42,764 bases of DNA, taken from the sequence record SRR20825019_1881; one strand, given 5' to 3'. The translations under genes were made by a program, and so were the position numbers. The notes under the pieces were generated by a model. It saw only the letters and a program-made list of their open reading frames with translations. It did no database searches and was not told the origin of the DNA. Of the stretch, positions 8,988 through 18,565 are shown in pieces. Every line of letters begins with the position of its first letter. The stretch's first letter is position 1.

Positions 8988-9653
8988 TTAGGAAAGTGCT
9001 CCCACCACTATTTTAGCCGCCGCGGGTAACCCCAGCGTCACTTCTGTGCCCGCCGTCAGCTCGCAACGCAGCACGCCGCTAGTAACCTCGCGTCGGACGA
9101 CTTTCACCTTCGCGCCGGGTTTCAGTCCGTTGTCTTGCACGTAATCGAGAAAATCCGGGGATTGATCGAGAATCCGGGCAACCCTCAACGATTTGTTTAT
9201 CGCACAACTCTGCATGGTCACCTGCATCGCCGCTTCGGCGATCCGACCTTCCACATCAGGAATCGGGTCGCCATGGGGATCCACCGTCGGATGCCCCAAG
9301 TATTCATCGATCCGCTCCAACACGCGATCGGAGACAGCGTGTTCAAGTGCTTCGGCTTCTTCGTGAACTTCCGACCAATCCATCTTCAAGGTCTGCACCA
9401 GAAATGTTTCGACCAAGCGGTGTTTGCGCAGCACGCCCAGCGCCAGGGCGCGGCCCACCGGAGTCAAGCGCACCCCCTGCCGTGATTCGTGCTCCATCAA
9501 CCCCTGCGTCGCCATCGCCTTGACCATCGTCGTGACAGTGCCCGGAACCACTCCGAGGGCTTCCACCAAGGCACCCATCGGCACAATCCCCTCATTCTCC
9601 TGTTCATGCAGGAGCGTCGCTTTCAAGTAGTTTTCAACCGTGCTGGTAGCCAT
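8988..9653 (-). CDS. mntR: DtxR/MntR-family metal-dependent repressor with C-terminal FeoA-like domain
   Basis: TVENYLK, HTH LGVVPGTVTTMVK, RKHRLVETFL, VHEEAEALEH, HPTVDPHGDPIP; Glu where DtxR has Cys102 points to the Mn-type subgroup. Confidence 0.9.
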   Translation of the reverse strand: MATSTVENYLKATLLHEQENEGIVPMGALVEALGVVPGTVTTMVKAMATQGLMEHESRQGVRLTPVGRALALGVLRKHRLVETFLVQTLKMDWSEVHEEAEALEHAVSDRVLERIDEYLGHPTVDPHGDPIPDVEGRIAEAAMQVTMQSCAINKSLRVARILDQSPDFLDYVQDNGLKPGAKVKVVRREVTSGVLRCELTAGTEVTLGLPAAAKIVVGALS

Positions 9654-9690
9654 GAATAGGTATGTAAAATGAATTAAACGGGAATACGCA

Positions 9691-9715
9691 AATTATAATT
9701 TGACTAATCAAAATA
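9691..9715. promoter_or_regulatory. Back-to-back -10 boxes plus a candidate DtxR/MntR-family operator
   Basis: AATTATAATT (9691-9700) gives TATAAT on both strands; adjacent dyad TTTGACTAATCAAA (9699-9712, one mismatched pair). Confidence 0.65.
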
Positions 9716-9749
9716 GAAACCCACCGCTCTTTCTTTGAATACTCAAATT

Positions 9750-11891
9750 ATGAATTACTTACGTTCGTATTCCAAATGCTCTCTGCGTCTTGCGCTGCTC
9801 GGTGGACTCACACTCTTAACGCTGACCAGCTCGGGCGAGGATCGTGCCACGGAACTACAGGAAGACGGCCGGATCGTTCAAATGGAGGCCTTCGTTTCAA
9901 CCGGAACGAGAACCAGACAAGCCGCTGATACCACCCCTGTTCGCGTCGAGGTAGCCTTGGCCGAAGACTCCACGCGTCTCGGATCCATGTCCTTCGCGGA
10001 CACAATGGAATACATCCCCGGCGTGCAGGTGGAAAGTAACTGTCAAAACTGCAATACGACGGAAATCCGTCTCATGGGTCTGGGTGGTGCCTACAACCAA
10101 ATCGCGTTTGATGGACTCCCGATGTTGTCATCGTTGGCCGGAGTTTACGGAGTCGAACAGGTTCCCGCCGCGTTTATCGAACGGATCGAAGTGGTCAAAG
10201 GCGGAGGCTCCTCCCTTTACGGAGCCAATGCCGTGGCCGGGGTGGTCAACATCATCCCCCGGCGCCCGCGGGAAAGCGGAGAAACTCTCGATTATCGTTA
10301 CGAATCCACCCACGGCGCCCCCACGCATCAAGCGGGATTCGTGAGTAACACCGTCAGCTCTCACCTCACGGTCTCAATCTACGGCCAGGCATTGCATATC
10401 CATGAATTGGATCTCAACAACGACGGCTATACCGAACGCACCCGTCGACGCATGCAGGTTGCTGGCATCCGTGGCCAATACACGGGCACCCACTTCATCG
10501 TTTCAGGAGACGTGAATTTTACGCATGAATACCGGCGTGGTGGTAACTTTTTGGATCGCCCCGCCCACCTGAGTAACATCACAGAGCAACTCGATACCCG
10601 TCGAACCGCGGCGACACTTTCCTTGGAATCCAAGAGCTCACCACAATTCGATTACAAAATTGTCCTGGCGGGAGCATGGACTCAACGCGACAGCTATTAT
10701 GGAGGACTCGGCGAGGTGATCACAGATCCTGAGGAAGCCGGTTTCGATCAGAACGCCTATCACCAGAGCTTGGCCCTTTCCGAAAACCAATACGGCGTGA
10801 CTGATAATCCACTCTACGTCTTCGACGCCCAATTCAACCACTACCGGAATGGCCAAACCTTTTCGTGGGGACTCCAGGGCGAGTATGAAGAAATCGACGA
10901 CCGAAATATTTCCGCGACCGGAGGTCCGACACAGGTGTCCCCATTAATCGAAGACTTTTCCAATCTCGCCTTATTCGGACAACACGAGTGGTCAGTCAGT
11001 GATCAGATCACGATCCTGTCAGGCGTCCGGGTGGATAAAAACAATCAGTTGGATCAAGCCATCCTCTCACCACGACTCTCCCTGAGTTACCGGGCGAGCA
11101 AGTATTTCACGCTGCGCGGTTCGTTGAGCACCGGCTTCAGAGCACCCCGGATTTTCGACGAAGATCTCCACATCAACACGCTGGGTGCAGATCCCATTGC
11201 GATCATCAACACCCCTGGTCTGAAAAAGGAGAACGCGATTGCCGCCAATTTCGGCGGTGTGTGGACCCCACGGCCCTGGGCAGAGGTGTTGGCGTTCGAA
11301 TTCAACGGCTATCTCACCCACCTGCGCAACGCGTTTCAACTGTCGCCCATCCGCACCAACTCCGCTGGTGACCTCGTGCAGGAACGATTCAATGCGGGAA
11401 CCCTTCGTGGCACTGGCCTCGAATTCAATGCCGCCTATTCCTTCACCTCGAAGCTGCGAGCTGATCTCGGGCTGGTTTGGCAACGAACGCGTCACGACAA
11501 TCCGGTCGAGCTGTTCAATGACGGCGTCGGCAATGTCATCCGGACCACTCATCTGAACAAGACCCCGGATCGATTCGCGGTGCTCCAACTTCAGTATGAA
11601 AACCCCGAGGGCTTCGATTTGGCCGTGGGCATCCGTCACATCGGCTCGATGCGCGTCCTGAACAACACGCATGGCACGTTTCACCAGACCTCGGCTTACA
11701 ACCTATTCGATCTGTCGATTGGTAAACATCTCGCTCTGGGTCGAGCCGAGGCTGAGGTCCGTCTGGGTATTCGCAATCTGACGGATGATCGCCAGCACGA
11801 CTTTGAAAGTGGTTCCTTACGTGACAGCACCTACGTCTACGGTCCAAGGCAGCCACGTTCCTATTTTAGCAGTCTCCGGGTGAATTTTTGA
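9750..11891 (+). CDS. TonB-dependent outer-membrane receptor with CxxC in the plug
   Basis: Signal peptide; TonB-box-like EAFVSTGTR; plug IPGVQVESNCQNC..IERIEVVKGGGSSLYGANAVAGVVNII; GFRAP; NLTD; C-terminal Phe. Confidence 0.93.
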   Translation: MNYLRSYSKCSLRLALLGGLTLLTLTSSGEDRATELQEDGRIVQMEAFVSTGTRTRQAADTTPVRVEVALAEDSTRLGSMSFADTMEYIPGVQVESNCQNCNTTEIRLMGLGGAYNQIAFDGLPMLSSLAGVYGVEQVPAAFIERIEVVKGGGSSLYGANAVAGVVNIIPRRPRESGETLDYRYESTHGAPTHQAGFVSNTVSSHLTVSIYGQALHIHELDLNNDGYTERTRRRMQVAGIRGQYTGTHFIVSGDVNFTHEYRRGGNFLDRPAHLSNITEQLDTRRTAATLSLESKSSPQFDYKIVLAGAWTQRDSYYGGLGEVITDPEEAGFDQNAYHQSLALSENQYGVTDNPLYVFDAQFNHYRNGQTFSWGLQGEYEEIDDRNISATGGPTQVSPLIEDFSNLALFGQHEWSVSDQITILSGVRVDKNNQLDQAILSPRLSLSYRASKYFTLRGSLSTGFRAPRIFDEDLHINTLGADPIAIINTPGLKKENAIAANFGGVWTPRPWAEVLAFEFNGYLTHLRNAFQLSPIRTNSAGDLVQERFNAGTLRGTGLEFNAAYSFTSKLRADLGLVWQRTRHDNPVELFNDGVGNVIRTTHLNKTPDRFAVLQLQYENPEGFDLAVGIRHIGSMRVLNNTHGTFHQTSAYNLFDLSIGKHLALGRAEAEVRLGIRNLTDDRQHDFESGSLRDSTYVYGPRQPRSYFSSLRVNF

Positions 11892-11955
11892 AGAACAGCG
11901 CTGAATCCACACTTACGCCTTGCCGCAAAAGGATCGACCCGAACACACTCCGTCC

Positions 11956-13650
11956 GTGTCGAAGTCCTTTGCGCGCATCGTCTTTGCCCTGACGGCCACG
12001 TTTTTCGCTGCCTTCTTTATCTGGCCGATCATCCAGATTCTGAAAGGTGGATTCATTGACGCCGACGGACACTTCACCGTCGCCTACCTCGCGTCACTTT
12101 TAAGCGACCCGCTTTATCTCGGCGGCCTGAAAAACTCCTTCATGCTGGCCTGCGCGACGACCGGGCTGACGCTCATCATCGCCCTGCCCCTCGCCTTCAT
12201 CTCGGATCGGTTTATCTTTCCAGGGAAAGGCTTTCTCGGATCCCTGATTCTCGTGCCGATGATTCTACCGCCTTTTGTGGGGGCGATTGGGATCAAACAG
12301 ATCTTCGGACAATACGGCGCCGTGAACAGTTTCATCATCCAACTCGGTTTGCGCCCCGAGGGCTGGACCTTCGATTGGTTTGCCGCGAATCAGTTTTGGG
12401 GCGTCGCCGTGATCCAGGCTCTTTCACTTTACCCAATCATCTACCTGAATGCGGTGGCCGCTTTGGCCAACATCGATCCCGCCATGGAGGAAGCCGCGGA
12501 AAATCTCGGCTGCACGGGCTTCCGACGGTTTTTTAAGATCACGATGCCCCTGATTAAACCGGGGTTATTTGCCGGCGGCACTATCGTATTTATCTGGTCG
12601 TTTACCGAACTGGGAACGCCGTTGGTCTTCGATTACGCGAAAGTCACCTCGGTGCAGATTTTTTACGGTTTGAAAGATATCGGCGGAAATCCGTTTCCCT
12701 ATGCTTTGGTAGCGGTGATGCTGTTCAGTTCGATCGCGCTTTATGCGATCGGTAAGGGAATCTTTGGTCGCAATGCCCATGCGATGATGGCCAAAGCCAC
12801 GAGCACCGGCGGCCCCCGTAAACTCCCGCGTTGGCAAAGTCTGCTCTGCACGGCGATGTTTGCGGGAGTCACCATGATCGCCGTGCTGCCTCACTTCGGC
12901 GTGCTGCTCGTGTCACTCTCCAAGGACTGGTATGGCACGGTGATACCGCAAAGTCTCACCTTGGAGAATTTTGACATCGCGCTCAGCCACGATCTCACTG
13001 TGCCCTCGATTGCGAACAGTCTGAAGTTTGCGAGCATCTCCACGATCATCGATATCATCCTCGGCATCGCCATAGCCTATGTGGTGGTGCGGACGAAAAT
13101 CCGCGGACGCCAGGTGCTCGATTTTCTCGCGATGCTCCCCCTTGCGGTGCCCGGCCTGGTGCTCGCGTTCGGCTATCTCGCCATGTCGCAGGAAGGTAAG
13201 TTTTTCGATTTCATCAACCCGGTCACCGATCCGACGGTGCTTCTGATTATCGCCTATTCCGTGCGACGATTACCCTATGTGGTGCGCTCCGCGGCGGCCG
13301 GTTTTCAACAAACCAGCGAGACGCTCGAAGAAGCCGCCCAGAACCTCGGTTGCCCACCGCTCAAATCCACTTTCAAGATCACCTTGCCATTGATCACCGC
13401 GAATCTCATCGCCGGTGGTTTACTCGCGTTTGCCTTCGCGATGCTGGAGGTATCCGACTCGCTGATCCTCGCTCAGAAGCAGGCGTTTTACCCGATCACC
13501 AAGGCGATCATGGAACTCTTCCAGTTACTCGGCGACGGCAAGTTTATCGCCAGCGCGCTCGGAGTCTGGGCCATGGTTTTCTTGGGTGTGACCATCGTCG
13601 GCATGAGTCTGCTGCTCGGCAAAAAACTGGGCGCGATCTTCCGCGTTTGA
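11956..13650 (+). CDS. Fe(III)/FbpB-type ABC transporter permease (two fused TM domains)
   Basis: Two EAA motifs (MEEAAENLG, LEEAAQNLG); GTG 11956 preferred because TTG 11920 falls in a -35-like box. Confidence 0.9.
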   Translation: MSKSFARIVFALTATFFAAFFIWPIIQILKGGFIDADGHFTVAYLASLLSDPLYLGGLKNSFMLACATTGLTLIIALPLAFISDRFIFPGKGFLGSLILVPMILPPFVGAIGIKQIFGQYGAVNSFIIQLGLRPEGWTFDWFAANQFWGVAVIQALSLYPIIYLNAVAALANIDPAMEEAAENLGCTGFRRFFKITMPLIKPGLFAGGTIVFIWSFTELGTPLVFDYAKVTSVQIFYGLKDIGGNPFPYALVAVMLFSSIALYAIGKGIFGRNAHAMMAKATSTGGPRKLPRWQSLLCTAMFAGVTMIAVLPHFGVLLVSLSKDWYGTVIPQSLTLENFDIALSHDLTVPSIANSLKFASISTIIDIILGIAIAYVVVRTKIRGRQVLDFLAMLPLAVPGLVLAFGYLAMSQEGKFFDFINPVTDPTVLLIIAYSVRRLPYVVRSAAAGFQQTSETLEEAAQNLGCPPLKSTFKITLPLITANLIAGGLLAFAFAMLEVSDSLILAQKQAFYPITKAIMELFQLLGDGKFIASALGVWAMVFLGVTIVGMSLLLGKKLGAIFRV

Positions 13651-13657
13651 TCGACAC

Positions 13658-14527
13658 ATGGCATTACTGATTCTGACCTCACTGGTCTGGGCATTTTCCT
13701 ACGGACTAATCAAGGGGCAGCTCACGGGAATCGATTCGAGTGCCGTCGCCGTCATGCGGCTGTGCTGTGCCGCGATCGTCTTCCTGCCATTTCTCAAGAT
13801 TAGGCGGATCCCCACGCGCCACTGCTGGCGACTCGCGATCATCGGGGCCGTGCAGTTCGGGATCATGTATGTGCTCTACCTGCGTGCCTATGCTCATTTG
13901 CAGGCTTTCGAAGTCGTGCTGTTTACCATCTTCACCCCGGTCTATGTGGCACTCCTTGATGCTGCTCTGGAAAAACGATGGCAGTGGAAACATCTGAGTG
14001 CGGCGGTCATGTCCTTTTTCGGAGCGGGAATCATCTTGTGGAAGCAAGAGCCCAGTAGCGACATCGCCATTGGGTTTCTCCTGATGCAATTTTCCAATCT
14101 CTGTTTTGCCGCCGGACAAATTGCCTGGAAGCGGGAGCGCACCCGTTTGCCTGAATTACGGGAATCTCAAGTTTTTGGCCTTCTCTATATCGGGGCGATG
14201 ATCGCCGCGCTGATCGCTTCGTTTTTCACCACCAATTGGCTGCAATTTAATATCACCTGGACCCAAGCGGGTGTCATCTTCTACCTCGGCACCATCGCCT
14301 CAGGACTCGGTTTCTTTTGGTGGAATATGGGCGCAACCCGTGTCAATACTGGGACTCTGGCCGTCATGAATAACGCGAAAATCCCGGTCGGAATCGCCGT
14401 CTCAATCCTCTTTTTCAATGAGAGTTCCGATGGCCCGAAACTATTGACCAGCGGTCTGATCATGTTTGCCGCGATCGCGCTGGCTGAAAACTGGTTTGGC
14501 CCGAAGCCCGCCTCCAAGACCGACTGA
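13658..14527 (+). CDS. EamA/DMT family transporter
   Basis: LVWAFSYGLIK, GAVQFGIMY, LFTIFTPVYV, GLGFFWWNMGA; about 10 TM helices in two repeats. Confidence 0.88.
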   Translation: MALLILTSLVWAFSYGLIKGQLTGIDSSAVAVMRLCCAAIVFLPFLKIRRIPTRHCWRLAIIGAVQFGIMYVLYLRAYAHLQAFEVVLFTIFTPVYVALLDAALEKRWQWKHLSAAVMSFFGAGIILWKQEPSSDIAIGFLLMQFSNLCFAAGQIAWKRERTRLPELRESQVFGLLYIGAMIAALIASFFTTNWLQFNITWTQAGVIFYLGTIASGLGFFWWNMGATRVNTGTLAVMNNAKIPVGIAVSILFFNESSDGPKLLTSGLIMFAAIALAENWFGPKPASKTD

Positions 14528-14532
14528 CCTTC

Positions 14533-16005
14533 ATGCCCTCAAAACCATCCCCGAATCTGTCTGCACTAGGCAATTGGTTGCACTCGTGGGTGCAGCCCGA
14601 AGGCGCCATCCATGGTTTTCATAATCATCCCGTCTGGGGCACCAATCCCTATCGGCTCGGTGATATGACCGCCGGTCATACGACTTGGGCGTCTCCATTC
14701 CTCGCAGGTTTGGCCCAGGCCATCACGCAGCAACCCGATGATCGCGCCAAGGCGTTACTTGAACGGCTCGTCAATTTCCAGACCACCTCATTTCATCCGG
14801 ATGGCCAATACGCACACATCGGTTTCAACGCCGGCGAGATTTGCCAAAAAGGGCTCATCCACAACGCCCTGCCCAATTGCTCCCTGGGTCTCACCGCGCT
14901 CCATGCCCGCGATTGGTTGCCTGCTGATCTCCTCGAACAAATCCGCACCGCCATCCTGCGCAATCTGAACGAAGGTTGCCAACAATACGGCACCCATGGC
15001 CGCCCGGACGAAACTTCGGTATGTAATCAGGATTACGCACGTATTTGGGCAAAACTCCTCTTCATGCAGGCCTTTGATGATCGTCATTGGCATGACGAGG
15101 TTCGGGAGGACATCGATTACATGATCGAGCATTTCCACATCAATGGGATGCCCGATAGCGAGTCATCAGGCACTTTGCGAATCCAGGGAATCAAAGACAT
15201 TCTCGAGCCCTCCGAATACTACGGACTGATGATCTGCCCGTTGATCCTTGCCGCCGAGATTTACGGCGAAGAACGTTATCTTGATGAGGCCGGAAAATTC
15301 TGCCGTCACGTGGCGCGTTCCCAATGGACTGATCACAACGGTCAAACGCGATGCCACCGTATCTGGTATTACGCCGACGAGCAATGGCATCATAACAAGG
15401 GGCCCATGCTCATCGCCGGCATGGGCGATTCACTTGAAGGCATTCAGCGCTATCTACGCCTCCGACCCGATGAGGAACTTTCGACATTTCTCGAAGCCAC
15501 TGACCGAACTTACGCGCATTACCAACATCCGCGGGGCTTCCTCGTTTCCGGCACGGGTTGGCAAAGTGAAATCGACATCGCGCCGAGCACTGGCTGGCAA
15601 AGTCATGACTTCCGCTATCTCGTGAATCGTCACGGGATCGACGAAACCTTCTGGGAGGCATTTTTCGCCAGCGATGATCGCACCTCGGTGCTGATCGGCG
15701 ATCAATGTATCTGGTTTGAACGCGGTCAGCATTGGGCGATCGGAGATTTTCTCTGGCAGGATGTTTTTAATCTCGTGGGCCGGAAAGACAGCGTGGAATT
15801 CGGTCCGAATCTACCCGATTGGATTGAAGGGGGTTGGCATGCCCCGGCGAATTACCCGATGCCTGATCGCCCCGTATTCATTAAGACCGACGAACAGATC
15901 GCCCTGTGGAAAGGAAGCTGGGATCAGCTGGATGCCACTTCCATCGCCCAAACCCCGCTCGTGATCGCACCCGCTATCTCAAACTCCGCCCGAACAAGCA
16001 CCTGA
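14533..16005 (+). CDS. Hypothetical cytoplasmic protein, possible (alpha/alpha) toroid enzyme
   Basis: 490-aa ORF 5 bp after the EamA gene; repeated helix-end motifs (QPEG, HPDG, QHPRG; EIYGEERYLDEA). Confidence 0.7.
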   Translation: MPSKPSPNLSALGNWLHSWVQPEGAIHGFHNHPVWGTNPYRLGDMTAGHTTWASPFLAGLAQAITQQPDDRAKALLERLVNFQTTSFHPDGQYAHIGFNAGEICQKGLIHNALPNCSLGLTALHARDWLPADLLEQIRTAILRNLNEGCQQYGTHGRPDETSVCNQDYARIWAKLLFMQAFDDRHWHDEVREDIDYMIEHFHINGMPDSESSGTLRIQGIKDILEPSEYYGLMICPLILAAEIYGEERYLDEAGKFCRHVARSQWTDHNGQTRCHRIWYYADEQWHHNKGPMLIAGMGDSLEGIQRYLRLRPDEELSTFLEATDRTYAHYQHPRGFLVSGTGWQSEIDIAPSTGWQSHDFRYLVNRHGIDETFWEAFFASDDRTSVLIGDQCIWFERGQHWAIGDFLWQDVFNLVGRKDSVEFGPNLPDWIEGGWHAPANYPMPDRPVFIKTDEQIALWKGSWDQLDATSIAQTPLVIAPAISNSARTST

Positions 16006-16027
16006 TCTCCCGAGGCCGTCTCAGCAT

Positions 16028-17167
16028 TCACGATGCTGAATAGTGTGCGTTGATCTTGGCCGCGATATCACGGAAACCGATATCCTCGGTGTAAATTTCC
16101 TTAAATTCGGCGATGGCCTCATCAGCCTGACCAACGGACTCATAGCAGCATCCGAGTTCGTAAATGATTTCCTTTTTCAGCGTATTCATCGCGCCTTGTT
16201 CCGTTTTGGCCGTGCTGAGTTGACCGATCGCCAGATCGGTCAACCCACGGGCATGAAAACATCGGGCCATCCCCAGTAGTGATGCGGCGCGATGCTTGGG
16301 GTTTTTCTGAGTTTGTTGATACTCCGCGATCGCCGCCTCGGAATTCCCCGATTCGAAAAGCAACTCCGCCAGACGAAAGCGACCGTCCAAATCACCGGGA
16401 TAGCGCGCCACAAACTTACGCGCTTCATCCAGAGGGTTTTTAACAGGTTGAGGTGCTTGCGATGCAACTGATGCCGGCTCGCTCGTGCTCACTTCTGCGG
16501 GAGCAGCCTGTTTCTCCAACGCGATAGATTCAGCTTCATCTTTGAGCTTCTCACGATAATCACCCGCCCCGTCCCACCGACCTTGATCCGTGGTTCGCGC
16601 AATCGATGCTTTCCGCATCAAACTCTGCGCCTCACCATCGACCGAATTTTTGCGCAACAACACATCGGCAATCTGCAAAGCCTTATCCGGCTTTTCCGCC
16701 AAAAACCATGCCTCACCCAATGCCAGCAAATTGGCGCGATCATCCGGATCGATCTCCCGAATCGCTTGCAGGGCGAAGGCCGCTGTTTCCGGCCAATCCA
16801 ATTCACGACTTGCCTCGGCCAGTAATTTTAAGGCCGGCACGTTTCGGGGATTATCCGCCAAAAGCTTTTCCGCCCGCGCGAGGGTTTTCTTAGGATCATT
16901 CCCTTTGCTCCCCAACGAAAATGGCAGGTTAGTGAGGCCACTCACCGCTTTCTCCATCCAACCGCCTTTTTTAACGAGCCGGAGTTGGGCTACCCGTTGC
17001 AATTGGCGGACGGGCAAACAACCGGGATGCGCATGAAGAATTTCGCCGCAAGCGGTGACAACATATTCAGGGTTTCCCTTTTCCAGAGCCCGTCGCGCAT
17101 TCGACAACAATCTTTGTTGTCGATCATCCAGTGATGACAGGGGCGAATCGGGCATGGCCCTATCCAA
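16028..17167 (-). CDS. Tetratricopeptide-repeat protein
   Basis: Multiple TPR-like helices (LLALGEAWF, RFRLAELLF, IYELGCCYESVGQADEAIAEF); start may be ATG 17155. Confidence 0.85.
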   Translation of the reverse strand: MDRAMPDSPLSSLDDRQQRLLSNARRALEKGNPEYVVTACGEILHAHPGCLPVRQLQRVAQLRLVKKGGWMEKAVSGLTNLPFSLGSKGNDPKKTLARAEKLLADNPRNVPALKLLAEASRELDWPETAAFALQAIREIDPDDRANLLALGEAWFLAEKPDKALQIADVLLRKNSVDGEAQSLMRKASIARTTDQGRWDGAGDYREKLKDEAESIALEKQAAPAEVSTSEPASVASQAPQPVKNPLDEARKFVARYPGDLDGRFRLAELLFESGNSEAAIAEYQQTQKNPKHRAASLLGMARCFHARGLTDLAIGQLSTAKTEQGAMNTLKKEIIYELGCCYESVGQADEAIAEFKEIYTEDIGFRDIAAKINAHYSAS

Positions 17168-17191
17168 CTGATCGCCAATCCCAGCGCAATC

Positions 17192-18565
17192 CTAGAGGAC
17201 GTCCAGGTCCGCCCTCGCCGCATCAAGTAAACGAGCCATTCCCTCATCGACAATCTCTACGGTAGGGCCTTCCACGAGTAGTCGCAATTTAGGCTCCGTC
17301 CCGGAGTAGCGAACCAAGAGTCGTCCTTCCTTCCCTAACTCGCTTTCCAATGCGGACATCGTGGCGGTCAATTGCGCACACTCAGCGAGATCGCGTTTCT
17401 CTTTCACCTTAATCGCCGTGGAGGCTTGCGGAAATTTCTGCAGGACTTTGCGCAATTCAGAAAGCGGCTGTCCGGTAGCATACATGACTTCGATCACTTT
17501 CAACGCGGCCATCAGACCGTCGCCGGTCGTCGAAGTATCGCCACAAATGATATGTCCGCTGGATTCACCTCCGAGTTCGGCTCCCGTTTCCCGCATGCGT
17601 TCAATCACATAACGATCCCCCACCGAAGTTCTCAGCACTTCACCGCCGAGCGCGTTGATGGCGGCATCCACCCCGAGGTTGCTCTGCACGGTCACCACGA
17701 GGGTCTTTTTCGGCAGGCGATTCTCTTTGATCGCATGGACCGCCAGCAAGGTGAGGATTTCATCGCCATCAAGCACCGCCCCAAATTCATCGCACAAGAC
17801 GCACCGGTCTCCATCGCCATCATGGGCCACACCCAATTTCGCACCCGACTCGATTACCTTTTTGGCCAACAATTCCGGGTGTTCACTGCCCACATGGGCA
17901 TTGATATTGGCGCCATCGGGAGTATCGCCGATGCCGATGACTTCGGCTCCCAGACCACGCAAGACCGCGGGGCTGGTCACACTCGTGGCACCATTCGCGG
18001 TATCGAGAACGATCTTCCAACCAGTGAGTGCCCTCTCCGGCAAATAGCGTTGTGCACTGCCAATGTAGTCATTGATCGCCTGGTCGGAGGATTCCATCGG
18101 TGCCGATTCCAAATCGATTCTTTCCCCCAAAAGACTCTCGATGATCACTTCATCTTCGTCCGTGAGTTTCACCCCATTGGGTCCGAAAAATTTAATCCCG
18201 TTATCACTGGCCGGATTGTGTGAAGCGGTAATCACGACACCCAGCCGAGCACCACTCGCTTTGGTGGCCAACGCGACCGCCGGGGTGGGCAAGACTCCCA
18301 GCGAAATCGGGAGAGCTCCCACCGAGCGTAAACCGGCAGCCACCGCCGCCTCCAAGGCAGCTCCCGATCCCCGAGTATCGCGTCCAATCAAAACTCGACC
18401 AATGGAATCTCCGGCCCCCTGTCCACGGGTAGACTGTCGCCGCTCTCCGGCTCCTTTCAACCAACCGACCACAGCCGCACCGAGTCGGGCCGCAAATTCT
18501 TCATTGATCACGGGACCGCCATAGGGCCCACGCACGCCATCGGTGCCAAAGTAAAGTCGTTTCAT
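17192..18565 (-). CDS. glmM: Phosphoglucosamine mutase
   Basis: YFGTDGVRG, TASHNP, DGDGDR, VGDRYV, GGESSGH, RYSGTEP. Confidence 0.96.
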   Translation of the reverse strand: MKRLYFGTDGVRGPYGGPVINEEFAARLGAAVVGWLKGAGERRQSTRGQGAGDSIGRVLIGRDTRGSGAALEAAVAAGLRSVGALPISLGVLPTPAVALATKASGARLGVVITASHNPASDNGIKFFGPNGVKLTDEDEVIIESLLGERIDLESAPMESSDQAINDYIGSAQRYLPERALTGWKIVLDTANGATSVTSPAVLRGLGAEVIGIGDTPDGANINAHVGSEHPELLAKKVIESGAKLGVAHDGDGDRCVLCDEFGAVLDGDEILTLLAVHAIKENRLPKKTLVVTVQSNLGVDAAINALGGEVLRTSVGDRYVIERMRETGAELGGESSGHIICGDTSTTGDGLMAALKVIEVMYATGQPLSELRKVLQKFPQASTAIKVKEKRDLAECAQLTATMSALESELGKEGRLLVRYSGTEPKLRLLVEGPTVEIVDEGMARLLDAARADLDVL

